A DNA stretch of 64,000 nt, from NCBI GenBank assembly GCA_965261085.1, contig OZ253442.1, positions 3,200,001-3,264,000 of the forward strand, given 5' to 3'. The position numbers were made by a program, and so were the translations under genes. Below the pieces are notes generated by a model, which searched no databases, was not told the DNA's origin, and was given only the letters and a program-made list of their open reading frames with translations. Within the stretch, counting starts at the first letter, position 1; each line of letters starts with the position of its first letter. Source of the stretch: a bacterium. GTDB lineage: Bacteria > UBA8248. Shown here piece after piece: positions 19,201 through 29,145 of the stretch.

Positions 19201-19750
19201 CCAGCGCCCGATCAGCGATGTCGAGTTCGCGTCCTGGCTGATGTACCCGCAGGTTTTCGCCGACTACGCCGCCGCGCGGCGCAAATACGGCGATGTCAGC
19301 GTGCTGCCGACGCCGGTTTATTTCTACGGAATGGAACCGGGCGAGGAGGTCGCCGTCGATATCGCGCGCGGGCGCACCCTGTTCATCCGCTACGTCGCGC
19401 GCAGCGAGACCGACCGGAAGGGCGAATGCACGGTCTTCTTCGAGTTGAACGGGCAGCCCCGGACGGTGCGCGTCGCCGACCGCAGCGCCGCCGCCGCGGA
19501 CATGGCGCTGCCCAAGGCCGAGGAAGGCAACCCCGGCCACCTCGGCGCGCCGATGCCGGGGATGGTGGTCAAGGTGTTCTTCGCCGAAGGCGAGGCGGTC
19601 GAGGAAGGCGACGTGTTGGTGGCGATCGAGGCGATGAAGATGGAAACCGTGATCCGCGCCGAGCGGAGCGGCGTCGTCCAGGAGGTCGTTGCGCCGGCCG
19701 GCACCACGGTCGACGCCAAGGATCTGCTGGTCGTCGTCGGCGACGCCTAG
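16286..19750 (+). CDS. pyc: pyruvate carboxylase
   Basis: Biotin carboxylase (ANRSEIAIR, HERDCSVQRR), carboxyltransferase (DTTFRDAHQS, HFHTHDT) and biotinyl (EAMKMET) domains in one 1154-aa ORF. Confidence 0.97.
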   Translation: MISQPLTNFRRILVANRSEIAIRAFRAAVELGITTIAIYSQEDRFALHRFKADEAYPLGRGMGPIEAYLSIDEVIRVARENAADAIHPGYGFLAENPDFAEACANAGIAFVGPRPGIMRALGNKVAAREIAQSAGVPVVPATGPLPPDPEDAARLAREVGFPVMLKASWGGGGRGMRTIESEADLADGVEAARRECLAAFGNDEVYLEKLIRRARHVEVQILGDNHGNLVHLHERDCSVQRRNQKIVERAPAHYLDAATRAAIHESALKIGRAVGYNNAGTVEFLVDDDTGAFHFIEVNPRIQVEHTVTEVVTGVDLVKAQIRIADGAVIGKPESGIPSQGDIRVNGHAVQCRVTTEDPENNFIPDYGVLTAYRGATGFGVRLDGGTAYSGARITPFYDSLLEKVTAWAPTLDEAIRRMDRALREFRIRGVATNLAFLENVISHPQFLEGACTTRFVDETPELFSFAYRRDRATRLLRYVGEVIVNGNGAVEGRPEPPTRQTPSVPEVIGVDIQDGSRQLLDSLGPKAFARWMRDQERVLMTDTTFRDAHQSLLATRVRSYDLIAIAPAYARLLPQLLSVECWGGATFDVAMRFLGECPWAWLERLRAAMPNLLTQMLLRASNGVGYTTYPDNVVRYFVRQSAENGIDLFRIFDSLNWVENMRPAMDAVLETGKLCEAAICYTGDITDPNRTKYDLGYYVALARELEAAGAHILGLKDMAGLCKPAAARLLVETLRQEIGIPIHFHTHDTSGISAASALAAVEAGVDAVDVAMDSMSGLTSQPSFGSITAALRHSARDPGIDPDTVMTLSTYWEQVRNLYRAFESDFRAGTSDVYNHEIPGGQYTNLREQARALGIDNQRWPEVSRTYAEVNRMFGDIVKVTPSSKVVGDMALMMVTGGLTPEDVASPDREIAFPESVVSLFAGEMGQPHGGFPRALQEKILKGREPITVRPGSVMPDADLEACREEAERCAQRPISDVEFASWLMYPQVFADYAAARRKYGDVSVLPTPVYFYGMEPGEEVAVDIARGRTLFIRYVARSETDRKGECTVFFELNGQPRTVRVADRSAAAADMALPKAEEGNPGHLGAPMPGMVVKVFFAEGEAVEEGDVLVAIEAMKMETVIRAERSGVVQEVVAPAGTTVDAKDLLVVVGDA

Positions 19751-20045
19751 CGCGCCGGACCGGACGGCAACAAACCGGGGGATGAGGAACGTACCTCGCG
19801 AGCTTAAGCCAAAGGGGTTCCGAACGCATCGGCGCCCGCATCGACGGTGATTTTTCCAGTTCGTCCACATCGAGACGAAGGCGCATTCGCCCGCATTTGC
19901 GGTGACGGGTTTTCGGGGCGATGGGGTATGCTCGGAAGGCCGCCCGACGGCCTTCGGTTTTTCAGGCGGCGGAACGGGCGCGGACCGCAGGAGTCGGGTG
20001 GTCGCTCAGGCGAAGTGAGGGACATGCAAAATGCAAAAAATAGGG

Positions 20046-20520
20046 ACTTATATACTTAACTATGCAGCATTAAGTATATATTTCTGGGTGTTACCACCCT
20101 GCGGGGAAAGTCCCTCCCGCAATATATTTATACTAGCATTTATGTCTCTATCCATAGAATGCCCACAATGTTTACATTCATACATCCTATCTCGAAGTGT
20201 CAATTTCTTATCAGGTAATTTTCCACAATTACTACATCTTTGTGTGGTATTCTTTGGATTAATTTTCTTTACCCATCCACCAGCATTTTCAGCTTTGTAA
20301 GTAAGTAATTGATAAAACAAACCCCAAGTCTGTTCTAACATATTTCGATTCTTTCTTTGCCTTGTATCTCATAATGCAATATTCGAGACTTGAATTCCAT
20401 AATTGTCTTTGTTGTTCTAAAAACAATTCAAGATTTTTATGTGTTGATTTACTTAAATATGCTTTATGTGTTTTGGTATAAATAGGAATAGCTGACTCTC
20501 CACCTTAGAGTTAGGAGCCT
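20046..20520 (-). mobile_element. tnpB: internally deleted IS200/IS605-type tnpB element
   Basis: AT-rich island. TnpB N-terminal-like segment (FLEQQRQLWNSSLE, about 20360-20490) is joined out of frame to the C-terminus (LLTYKAE, TTQRCSNCG, CKHCGHSMDRDINAS). Hairpins at 20049-20080 and about 20492-20514; exact ends uncertain. Confidence 0.8.
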
Positions 20521-20617
20521 TGGGAATTCGCGTTCCGTGAAGGCTATTACTTCTATTTATACAATATAAAATTTCTCCACATAGTTAAGTTTATAATTCC
20601 CAAAAAATAATATGTGA

Positions 20618-20665
20618 AAATATCGATAAAATTCGATAAATTCACGATGGTTTTCGATAAATAAA
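20618..20665. promoter_or_regulatory. AT-rich region with TCGATAAA direct repeats
   Basis: TCGATAAA at 20623, 20633 and 20654; similar sequence at 59197-59237. Confidence 0.5.
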
Positions 20666-20744
20666 TGAATGCTTTTGGGAGGGTCGAAAAGACGCCGCCG
20701 CATCGCGGCGCAGGGGAATTCTGCCATGGCCCACTACTCCTGCG

Positions 20745-21254
20745 ATGACGGAAAATGCGCGGATTTACGGGGAGTTGCGCGCACGCGCGGGATACCCGCC
20801 GCTGGGACCGCTCCTTCGGGGCGAGGTCGAGGCGTTCCTGGCCGTGAGCGGGACTAAGGCCTCGATACTGGGCGAGGAGGCCGCGGGCAATCCCTCCTTC
20901 GCGGGGAGGCTGCGCCGGGGGACCTCGCCGCGCCTTGCGACCTTCGACCGGGTGCGGGCCTGGATGGCGGCCAACGCGAGCGAGGACGAGCTCCGGGCCA
21001 TCCGCGTGAGGCTGGCGGACGTAGCGGACCCTTTCGCCGGGAGGGGGGACGCCGTACAGGCCCCGTCTGCCGGGGCAGACACCGAACGGGAAGGAGACCT
21101 GCGCATGCACGGGGACGCCGGGAACCGCCTGGACACGCGGGAGGCGGCCGCCTACAGGTCGGGTGAGGACGCAACCAATGAAACACAACGCACTGAAGTC
21201 ATTCAATTCATTACGGGCCGGACCCTTAGGCAATTCTTCGTTGAAGAATCGTGA
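20745..21254 (+). pseudogene. chimeric phage/ICE-type small DNA-binding gene with truncated excisionase-like HTH
   Basis: EVEAFL...LGEEAAGNPSFAGRLRRG.SPRLATFDRVRAWM, then LDTREAAAY, then an unrelated tail after about 21155. Confidence 0.5.
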
Positions 21255-21496
21255 GCCACGGCGTCGTTGGTCGCCTGCTGGACTTCGGCGCCGGGCGCAT
21301 CCGAGCGGCCACGGCGGATGTGCTCAAGGGAACGGCCGTCGAGATGTTTGTGTCTGATCTCGAAGTCGTGTAGATTACCCTCACCTAGTATCCTTAGCGT
21401 GGGCTGTTCATACGATGTTGCGGGTCTTGCGGTTAATGCCGGGGGCCGACAATTCAAGCTAGCGGGAATGCCCAATCTATAGAGGAGCATGGTGCA

Positions 21497-23266
21497 ATGT
21501 CATCTCGCCGAGCCCTGATCGATGTTGCCCTTGGCAATGAACCGGCGGAGCTCGCGATAACGAACGGTCGTGTCGTCAATGTACTGACCCGTGAAATCTA
21601 CAGCGCCGGGGTCGCAATCAAGGGCGACCGGATTGCGGCGGTCGGCGACATCGATTATGCGATCGATGAGAACACAGAAGTGATCGACGCGGAAAATCGC
21701 TATGTGACACCCGGCCTGATCGACGGCCACCTCCATATGTATCACTCCTACCTAGGCGTTAACGAGTTCGTCGAGGGGATGCTGCGCCATGGCGTCACCG
21801 CCTACGCAGACGGCTTCTATGGCCAGGGGATCGTCGGCGGTCGGGACGCGGTCCGATTTTTCAAGGATGCGTTAGAGGCCACCCCTCTCAGGCTTATATT
21901 CTTGGTTCCCACTCTCGCGCACCTGCAGAACCGCGAACTCGGCCTCAAGCCCGCACCAGGCATCAGCGTCGAAGAGATGAACGAGATGCTTGACTGGGAA
22001 GGCTGCCTGGGCTTGGAGGAGCCGCCGTTCTTGCCGATCTGCGAGAAGTGGAACGATTATCTGGACCTCTTCGACCGGTGCCTGGAGCAGCGCAAAACGA
22101 TTACGGGGCATGGCGCCGGTGCCAATTGGCGCCAGATGCAAGCATATGCCGCGGTCGGAACCAGTACCGAACACGAGGCCATTGCGGCCAACGAGGCGGT
22201 CGACAAGGCCCGGGCCGGCTTTCGCCTGCTCATGCGCCTCGGGTCAGGCGCGATTGACGTGCCGGAGCTCGTCAAGGCGTATCTTGAGCACAAGATCGAT
22301 CCGAGAACGCTTGCCATGTGCGCTGATCTTGCATCGCCGGAGAAACTGCTGCGCGAGGGCGGGGTCGACGCAAATATCCGCTTGGCCATTCGAAATGGCG
22401 TGCCGCCCGATCTCGCGGTTCAGATGGCGACCATCAATGTTGCCGAGGCCTTCTATCTGCAGCGGGATATGGGGGCGGTTGCTCCTGGCCGCTACGCTGA
22501 CATCCTGCTCGTCGACGACCTGGCCACATTTGATATCACTCGCGTATTCGTCGGCGGGGAGACCGTAGTCCGGGACGGCGAGTTCCTGGCGGATCTGACC
22601 CCCATCGAGTATCCAAGCAACTTCCGTGGGACGGTCAAGATCGAGCGTGAGATCACCGCTGGTAATCTCGAACCACGGACCGATGCCAAGGGCCCAGTGA
22701 CCGTTCGAGTGATCGGCGTGACGGACGGCAGCCTCGTAACCGATGATGGAAGGGCGGTCCTCAACGTCGAAGACGGCGTGATACAACCGGATCTCGTCAA
22801 CGACGTCCTGCCGCTGACGATGGCCGATCGGTTCGGCAAGGGAAAGGGGCGCATCGGTAACGGCTACGTCCGCGGCTTCGGACTAAAGCGCGGGGCGATT
22901 GCGTCGACTGTCAACGCCGTCTGCGAGAATCTGGTTGCGGTCGGCGCGAGCACATCCGATATGGCATTTGCCATGAACAAGCTCGCCGAGATCGGTGGCG
23001 GGAAGATCGTCGTTGCCGATGGTGAGATCCTCGCGCTGGTGGAGTTGCCCCTTCTCGGGCTTTTGTCCGAAGAACCGACGGAGGCGGTTACGGCGAAGTT
23101 CGATAAGGTGTTCGACGCCATACGCGAACTCGGGTGCGATCTCGCGAGCCCGTTCTCACAGCTTGAGTTCAGCTTCGCCTGCGGCGAAATCGGCGACCTG
23201 CGACTTTCTGACGAAGGGTTGTTGCGGGTTGACCCACCGGAGATGGTGTCGTTGGTCGTGGCATGA
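21497..23266 (+). CDS. ade: adenine deaminase-family amidohydrolase
   Basis: NGRVVNV, PGLIDGHLH, QMATINVAE, GAVAPGRYADI, LELP-type C-terminal domain; some active-site motifs diverge. Confidence 0.88.
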   Translation: MSSRRALIDVALGNEPAELAITNGRVVNVLTREIYSAGVAIKGDRIAAVGDIDYAIDENTEVIDAENRYVTPGLIDGHLHMYHSYLGVNEFVEGMLRHGVTAYADGFYGQGIVGGRDAVRFFKDALEATPLRLIFLVPTLAHLQNRELGLKPAPGISVEEMNEMLDWEGCLGLEEPPFLPICEKWNDYLDLFDRCLEQRKTITGHGAGANWRQMQAYAAVGTSTEHEAIAANEAVDKARAGFRLLMRLGSGAIDVPELVKAYLEHKIDPRTLAMCADLASPEKLLREGGVDANIRLAIRNGVPPDLAVQMATINVAEAFYLQRDMGAVAPGRYADILLVDDLATFDITRVFVGGETVVRDGEFLADLTPIEYPSNFRGTVKIEREITAGNLEPRTDAKGPVTVRVIGVTDGSLVTDDGRAVLNVEDGVIQPDLVNDVLPLTMADRFGKGKGRIGNGYVRGFGLKRGAIASTVNAVCENLVAVGASTSDMAFAMNKLAEIGGGKIVVADGEILALVELPLLGLLSEEPTEAVTAKFDKVFDAIRELGCDLASPFSQLEFSFACGEIGDLRLSDEGLLRVDPPEMVSLVVA

Positions 23267-23294
23267 CGCAAACCGGAAACACGAGGGCGAGATC

Positions 23295-24056
23295 ATGAGT
23301 AATGGAAAGCTGGCGGGCCGAGTCGCAATCGTGACCGGTGGATCGCGGGGGCTTGGACAGGCGATTGCGTGGGAATTCGCGAATGAGGGTGCTGACGTGG
23401 CGGTGGTCGGGCGAGACGAAGGCGCCCTCGCTGAAACAGTTCTCGGCATCGAGCAGCGTGGCGGAAAGGCCGTCGCTATCGCGGCGGAACTCCGTGAAGT
23501 CGCCTCGATTCCTGGGGTCTTCGACAAAGCCGAGAAGGAACTCGGCGAATCGACGATCCTTGTCAATAGTGCGGGCCTACAGGGGGATCGTCCTGCACTC
23601 GATGTCACTGAGGACCAATATGACGAGGTAGCCGATACCAACATGAAGGCGCTGTTCTTCTGCTGCCAGGAGGCCGGCAAGCGGTGGATCGATCGCAAGA
23701 GTGGAGGGCGCATCATCAACCTCGGTTCTATTTTCGCCGTCGTCGGGATGCCTAATTTCTCGGTCTATTGTTCAACAAAAGGCGGCGTGCTGCTGCTGTC
23801 CAAAGCTCTCGCGATCGAGTGGGGGAAACACGGAATTAACGTCAACCTAATCGGCCCCTGCGCCACGATGACAGACATGGTCAGGCCGCTGTTCGACGAC
23901 CCCGCATTCAAGGCAGCGTACATGCCGAGGGTGCCCGCCGGCGCCCTGCCTGATCCCTTGGACATCGGTAGAGCTGCCGTCTTCTTGGCCTCGGACGACG
24001 CACGGATGATTCATGGACACCATCTACTCGTCGACTCCGGCTATACGACCAACTAA
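23295..24056 (+). CDS. SDR-family oxidoreductase
   Basis: TGGSRGLG, LVNSAG, YCSTK; start at MSNGKL. Confidence 0.92.
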   Translation: MSNGKLAGRVAIVTGGSRGLGQAIAWEFANEGADVAVVGRDEGALAETVLGIEQRGGKAVAIAAELREVASIPGVFDKAEKELGESTILVNSAGLQGDRPALDVTEDQYDEVADTNMKALFFCCQEAGKRWIDRKSGGRIINLGSIFAVVGMPNFSVYCSTKGGVLLLSKALAIEWGKHGINVNLIGPCATMTDMVRPLFDDPAFKAAYMPRVPAGALPDPLDIGRAAVFLASDDARMIHGHHLLVDSGYTTN

Positions 24057-24074
24057 TCGAGGTTCGGGGGAGCT

Positions 24075-25178
24075 GTGACCCTGGTGACTGACCAGAGCGA
24101 AACACCAGGCGGTCCTGCAACAGGCGACCATTTCGGTAACGGTCCCCAACAGGAAACGACTTGGGCCGTCGGCGCTTTGGAACGAACGCGTGGTTTGTTG
24201 CGTCTCGAGGTGCAGCTACTGCTCGCCCTCGTCCTCCTCTACCTCGGGTTTTCGATCATAGAACCCGACATCTTTATTTCCGTTAGGACAATTGAGAATC
24301 TCGCCAGACAGGCGGGGGTGCTGCTGGTCGTCAGCGTTGGGCAGATGCTGGTGCTTGTCGTGGGTGGTTTCGACATCTCGGTCGGCGCGACTGCGGGATT
24401 CGCCTCCACAGCGCTCGCGCTGCTCGTTGACGATTTCGGGTTGTACGGGGCCATCACAGCGGCGTTGGCGCTTGGAGCCGTTGTTGGATCCGTCAACGGT
24501 CTTGTTATCGCGTATCTGGGGGTCAACCCCTTTGTGGCTACTTTGGCGATGCTGACATTCCTGACCGGATTGTCAAACGAACTGAGCAGCGGTGCTTCGG
24601 TTCCGATTACCGCCCGGGGAGTGAGTGCGTTCGGGGCGGACGAGTGGGGGCCGCTGCCGGGGACAATAAGCATTGGACTGGTTGTCGTATTCATTGCGTA
24701 CCTGCTTCTCAACCGCGTCAGGGCGGGTCTCTACATCTATGCGATCGGGGGGTCTCGTGAGACGGCGCGTCTGTCGGGGATTTCGGTCGCCCGTTACGAG
24801 GTTCTTGCCTATGCGATGTGTGGCCTTTTTGCGGCCGTCGCCGGGGTCATGCTCGCATCCAGGGTCACGCTTGGACAGGCAAGTCTCGGGGCTGGTTTGG
24901 AGCTTGAATCTATCGCCGCGGCGGTAATTGGGGGCGCCGCGATCGGTGGCGGAGTCGGTCGACTGCTTGGCGCTGCGATGGGGGTGGGGATCCTGACGGT
25001 ACTCACCAGCGGTCTCGAGATCGTCGGTATTTCGGAGTTCGCGCGCCAGATGGTTACCGGCGTTGTGCTGGTCGTAGCGGTCGCCTTCAACCAACGACGA
25101 CGGCTAGGTGAATGGGCGATCTTCAAGCGAGCTAAATCACTGCTTCGCGGCCGCGGGGCACGGTCCAGCGGTCCTTGA
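24075..25178 (+). CDS. ribose-type (RbsC-like) ABC permease
   Basis: GGFDISVG, PFVATLA, YAIGGS..ARLSGI, ELESIAAAVIGG. Confidence 0.92.
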   Translation: MTLVTDQSETPGGPATGDHFGNGPQQETTWAVGALERTRGLLRLEVQLLLALVLLYLGFSIIEPDIFISVRTIENLARQAGVLLVVSVGQMLVLVVGGFDISVGATAGFASTALALLVDDFGLYGAITAALALGAVVGSVNGLVIAYLGVNPFVATLAMLTFLTGLSNELSSGASVPITARGVSAFGADEWGPLPGTISIGLVVVFIAYLLLNRVRAGLYIYAIGGSRETARLSGISVARYEVLAYAMCGLFAAVAGVMLASRVTLGQASLGAGLELESIAAAVIGGAAIGGGVGRLLGAAMGVGILTVLTSGLEIVGISEFARQMVTGVVLVVAVAFNQRRRLGEWAIFKRAKSLLRGRGARSSGP

Positions 25179-25214
25179 CGCAACATATCGTTTTCACTGC
25201 CAAAGGAGAACACA

Positions 25215-26339
25215 ATGCGAATGAAATCTTTGATTGCCCTGCTGAGTTTCGTCATGTTTATGCCTATGTTCTGGGGAGGGAACGAGGTTAGCGCCCAGAC
25301 CATCAAAATCAGTCCCAACGATAAAGCCTATGCGAAGTATCAGGCGCTTCCGACGGCGAAGAAGTTGCATTCGAATCTTCCCTGCACGGTTTCTCCTACC
25401 CCAGAGGAAGCCGCGGCGTACCGCGTGCCAAAGGCGAAGCGCAGATACACAATCGGCTTTATGGAGCCCACGTTGGCCGGACACTACTATCAGGCAGGTT
25501 CCAGCGGCGCGGTTAAGGCTGCTGCCGAAGCGGGCGTGAAGCTGGAGTTCGTTTCGGCGGGTACCGGATACGCGTCGCCCGAGCAGCAGTTCAAACAGGC
25601 CGAGCGTCTCCTGCTGAAAGATGTAGACGCAGTCGCAGTCATCCCGACCGATATTCAGGGTGGCGTCGCAATCACCAATCTTTTCCTCCGCGAGAAAATT
25701 CCGGTTGTGATCGTGGCTACTGAGGCTAGCTCGCCAGATGCATACATGATTATGCAGGACGACTACCAGATGGGTCGTGATTCGGCTGACCTACTGGTGA
25801 AAGCGCTCGGCCCAAATGCCGGGTCGGGCATCGTGATCGCCGGTCCAGCCAACGCCACCTGGTCGGCCAAACGGGCAGCCGGTTTCGCGGATCGGGTTAA
25901 AGAACGGTACCCGGGTGTCAAGATCGTCGTCTCGGCGACGCAGAATGTCGATCCTGCCCAAGGGCTGAAATCATTCGAGAACGCGGTTCAGGCCCATCCT
26001 GATATCAAATGGGTGTATTCGGTCTTTAACCTGCTACTTGATCCCGACTCGTTGCCAGCGCGGTACAAGAACGTGGCTTTCATCACGAACGGTTTGGACC
26101 CTGCCTCCATTGGGGATTTGAAAGAGGGTCAATACTCGACGATCATAGGCATCACACCGACTCCGATGGGGTATCAGGGGGTCGGTCACGCTGTGTCGAT
26201 CCTGAATGGCGATCAAAACGTGCCCGCCCTGGTGTGCATCCCGCTGACGCGGTACACCGCAGATGACATGCCGCCCGACAAAACTGCGGTGACGTTGGAG
26301 CTTATCCAGAAAGGGTTTGAGGTCTCGGCTCAAAAATGA
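25215..26339 (+). CDS. sugar-type ABC substrate-binding protein
   Basis: Signal peptide; RbsB-like motifs (QDDYQMG, AKRAAGF). Confidence 0.88.
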   Translation: MRMKSLIALLSFVMFMPMFWGGNEVSAQTIKISPNDKAYAKYQALPTAKKLHSNLPCTVSPTPEEAAAYRVPKAKRRYTIGFMEPTLAGHYYQAGSSGAVKAAAEAGVKLEFVSAGTGYASPEQQFKQAERLLLKDVDAVAVIPTDIQGGVAITNLFLREKIPVVIVATEASSPDAYMIMQDDYQMGRDSADLLVKALGPNAGSGIVIAGPANATWSAKRAAGFADRVKERYPGVKIVVSATQNVDPAQGLKSFENAVQAHPDIKWVYSVFNLLLDPDSLPARYKNVAFITNGLDPASIGDLKEGQYSTIIGITPTPMGYQGVGHAVSILNGDQNVPALVCIPLTRYTADDMPPDKTAVTLELIQKGFEVSAQK

Positions 26340-26382
26340 CCAACCAGCAGCGCTTCGCTCGCAAGCTTGGTGGTCACAGAGG

Positions 26383-27921
26383 ATGGAATTGCTGAATTCC
26401 CCAGTCGCAGAACGCCGTGTCCCTGCCATCAGGATGCTGAACGTCACCAAAACGTTCCCCGGCGTAAGGGCTCTGGATAGCGTCAGTTTTGAAGTCGACC
26501 ACGGTGAGATACACGCGTTGGTCGGAGAGAATGGGTCAGGAAAGTCCACACTTTTGAAGTTGATGGTGGGCTCTTTCCCGATGAACTCCGGGCTGATCCA
26601 CATCAATGGGGATGAGGTTCGGCTGCGCTCACCGCGTGAAGCCAGGAAGCGATACGGTATCAAGATGATGCCGCAGGATGTCGAGTTGTGCGGACAACTG
26701 ATTACCGGTCGCAACATCATGCTGGGACTTGAGGGAGCGCTGGTCGACCGAAATAGACTGTCGCGGCGCGAGCGAGCAATAACGACGGAAGTGCTCCGCC
26801 TGATCGGTGCTCACGTGGATCCCCAGATCAAAGCGGAGGATTTAAGTACATCGGAGGCTCGATTTATCCAGATCGCTAACGCGCTCTTGCCTCCGGTGAG
26901 CGTGGTCCTTTGCGACGAGCCGACGGCGGTACTCTCCGCAGTGGATGCCGAGGCGCTTCTGGCCACCTTGACCAGGATTCGGAGCGAGGCAGGTACGGCC
27001 ATTGTATATGTCAGCCACCGGATCGGTGAGGTCCTCCAGATAGCTGACCGCATCACAATCCTGCGCGACGGCCGCAGCGTCGGTACGTTTCGACGCGACG
27101 AGATCAACCGACAACAAATGATTGAGCTGATGACCAAGTCCGCGCGCGTCGGCAAGCAAGGGGCGCCGGCTCAAGACGCTGCCCAGAGCGCAGCGAAAGG
27201 AGGCAAGCTGGCGGTTAAGGCACTTGGGCTTGGTCGAAGCTTTTCAGACGTCTCGTTCGAAGTAGCGGCGGGACAAATTGTGGGAATCGCCGGCGCACAA
27301 GGTGCGGGATTTGGTCCGCTGCTCGCTGCAATTGCGGGTCGTATCATATACGATGTCGGTACTATCGAGCTGGACGAGGTCACCATTCCGCCCGGCTCGA
27401 CCACGAAAGCGTACAAGCTTGGGATCGCGCTGGTCCCTGCCGATCGGCGGCAAGCGGGTATCGTCCCAACGCTCACGGTTCGGGAGAACATCGCCTTACC
27501 CGTTTCAGGCTCGCTTGGACGATACGGTTTCCGGCTTCGACGGGCCGAGCGAGAGACGAGCCGAAAGTGCGCTGAGTTATTCGATATCAGGGGAGCCGGG
27601 CTTAACACCAAGGCCGGAAACCTGAGCGGCGGCAACCAACAGAAATTAGCGATTGCTCGATCCCTTCAGGGGGACCCCAAGTTTCTTCTACTCGAAGAAC
27701 CCACGCAAGGCATCGATATTGGCGCCAAGACCGAGATCCGTCATCACATCAGCCAACTCGTTCGTAACGAGGGAATGGGCGCGTTGGTTGCAAGCTCCGA
27801 GTTTGAAGATCTAATCGGCTTTTCGGATGTCCTCCATGTGATGCGTCTGGGCCAGATAGTCGCAACATTCGACGGGAAGACGGCGACCTACTCGCAGATC
27901 CTTCACGCGGCGCTCCCATAG
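26383..27921 (+). CDS. sugar ABC ATP-binding protein (RbsA-like, two domains)
   Basis: FPGVRAL, GENGSGKSTL, DEPT, LSGGNQQK. Confidence 0.93.
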   Translation: MELLNSPVAERRVPAIRMLNVTKTFPGVRALDSVSFEVDHGEIHALVGENGSGKSTLLKLMVGSFPMNSGLIHINGDEVRLRSPREARKRYGIKMMPQDVELCGQLITGRNIMLGLEGALVDRNRLSRRERAITTEVLRLIGAHVDPQIKAEDLSTSEARFIQIANALLPPVSVVLCDEPTAVLSAVDAEALLATLTRIRSEAGTAIVYVSHRIGEVLQIADRITILRDGRSVGTFRRDEINRQQMIELMTKSARVGKQGAPAQDAAQSAAKGGKLAVKALGLGRSFSDVSFEVAAGQIVGIAGAQGAGFGPLLAAIAGRIIYDVGTIELDEVTIPPGSTTKAYKLGIALVPADRRQAGIVPTLTVRENIALPVSGSLGRYGFRLRRAERETSRKCAELFDIRGAGLNTKAGNLSGGNQQKLAIARSLQGDPKFLLLEEPTQGIDIGAKTEIRHHISQLVRNEGMGALVASSEFEDLIGFSDVLHVMRLGQIVATFDGKTATYSQILHAALP

Positions 27922-28279
27922 GCGTCGGCGCTGATGCTGCGGCGAACGGCGCAGCGTTAAACTCCGGTGATATTGCAGTTGCACGTAATGTCGGAGTACA
28001 GCAGCCCTCTCTCATCTGCGTTCACATGGTGGACCAACTGACATTGCTGAATGTTGGCGCGCGGTGGCGGCTACACGCGGATGCCTCTCTCGACCTTGCC
28101 GGCACGCGGCGCGAGCGCGAGGACGCCGAGGAGCACGAACTCATGTTGCAGGCGATGCTGCGCTGGTAGCGGACGAGGTCCGCATACCGCTCACGGGTTG
28201 CTTCTCCCGCCCGCTGCGAGGAGAATGGCGCGTACCGATGAGCGGGAACCGGATGGTGGAGTCCCCGGCGCCGTAACGA

Positions 28280-28585
28280 TGAAGGCCCGGACGGCGCCCT
28301 CGTCGCCTTCGCGCGCATCAACGCCTTCGTGGCCACCCTTGCCGGGATGACCATCTACCACGGCATCGCCCTCGTGGTCACGGATTCCTTTCCCGGTTAC
28401 GCGCTTCGGCGGGTGGTACCGCAACTTCGGGCAGGGGCACCCCTTCGGGCTGCCGATACCGATCTACGTTCTCATCATCGTCTACGTGGTGGCCCACATC
28501 GTGCTGACGCGCACGGCCTTCGGCGCGTCCGTCTACGCCGTGGGCGGGAATCAAGAGGCCGCCCGGCTCGGCCTCCCGTCGAGGT
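28280..28585 (+). pseudogene. frameshifted RbsC-like permease fragment
   Basis: INAFVATLAGMTIYHGIAL, then in another frame PIPIYVLII...TAFGASVYAVGGNQEAARL; no start or end. Confidence 0.7.
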
Positions 28586-29145
28586 GAGGCAAGGCTCAAG
28601 GATCTCTTACCGAGACTCGCGCCTCGCTTTTTTCTCACCCGCACGGGAATCGGTGCGCGATTATGCAGCAGAAAGGCCGGCCTCATCCGCATCTCCGCCT
28701 CCGACCCCCCTGAATCATGAAATTCCCCCCTTCGCAAACAGCCTCTCAAACTCAAACACCGGGGAAACCGCGTCTTTCAGGAAGTGAAGCCCGTTCGCAA
28801 ATAACCGGGAGCCGGAACGATGCATCCGCGGCACATCGGCGCGCGACGCCATCCTTCGAGGACACGCGCTCCACCCGCTCTCTCCCGAACCTCTCGGATC
28901 CGCAACCGGGTTCCGTCCTCCCGCGCTTTCGCTTGCATCGGCGGGGGTCCCGGTTGTATCATATGCGCATGTACAACCAGTTGAGCAGTCAGTCGACAAT
29001 CCATCGTGCGGGACGTAACGAACCGCCCGGCGTTTGAATTGCGGCGTGAGAGGTCGTCGGCTCGCGATGGCGCCCGTTCTCACACCCGTCGGGGATGGCC
29101 CGCATAGCGTAACGGTCCGATCGCACCCATTAGGGAGGAACAGAA

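Noticed and set aside
16562-19870. 1102-aa minus-strand ORF
   Set aside because: Antisense shadow of pyc in high-GC DNA; no recognisable motifs.
28025-28200. Possible GntR/FCD regulator fragment (EEHELMLQAMLR), with a similar hint at about 21250-21380
   Set aside because: Too short and degenerate to support without a search.
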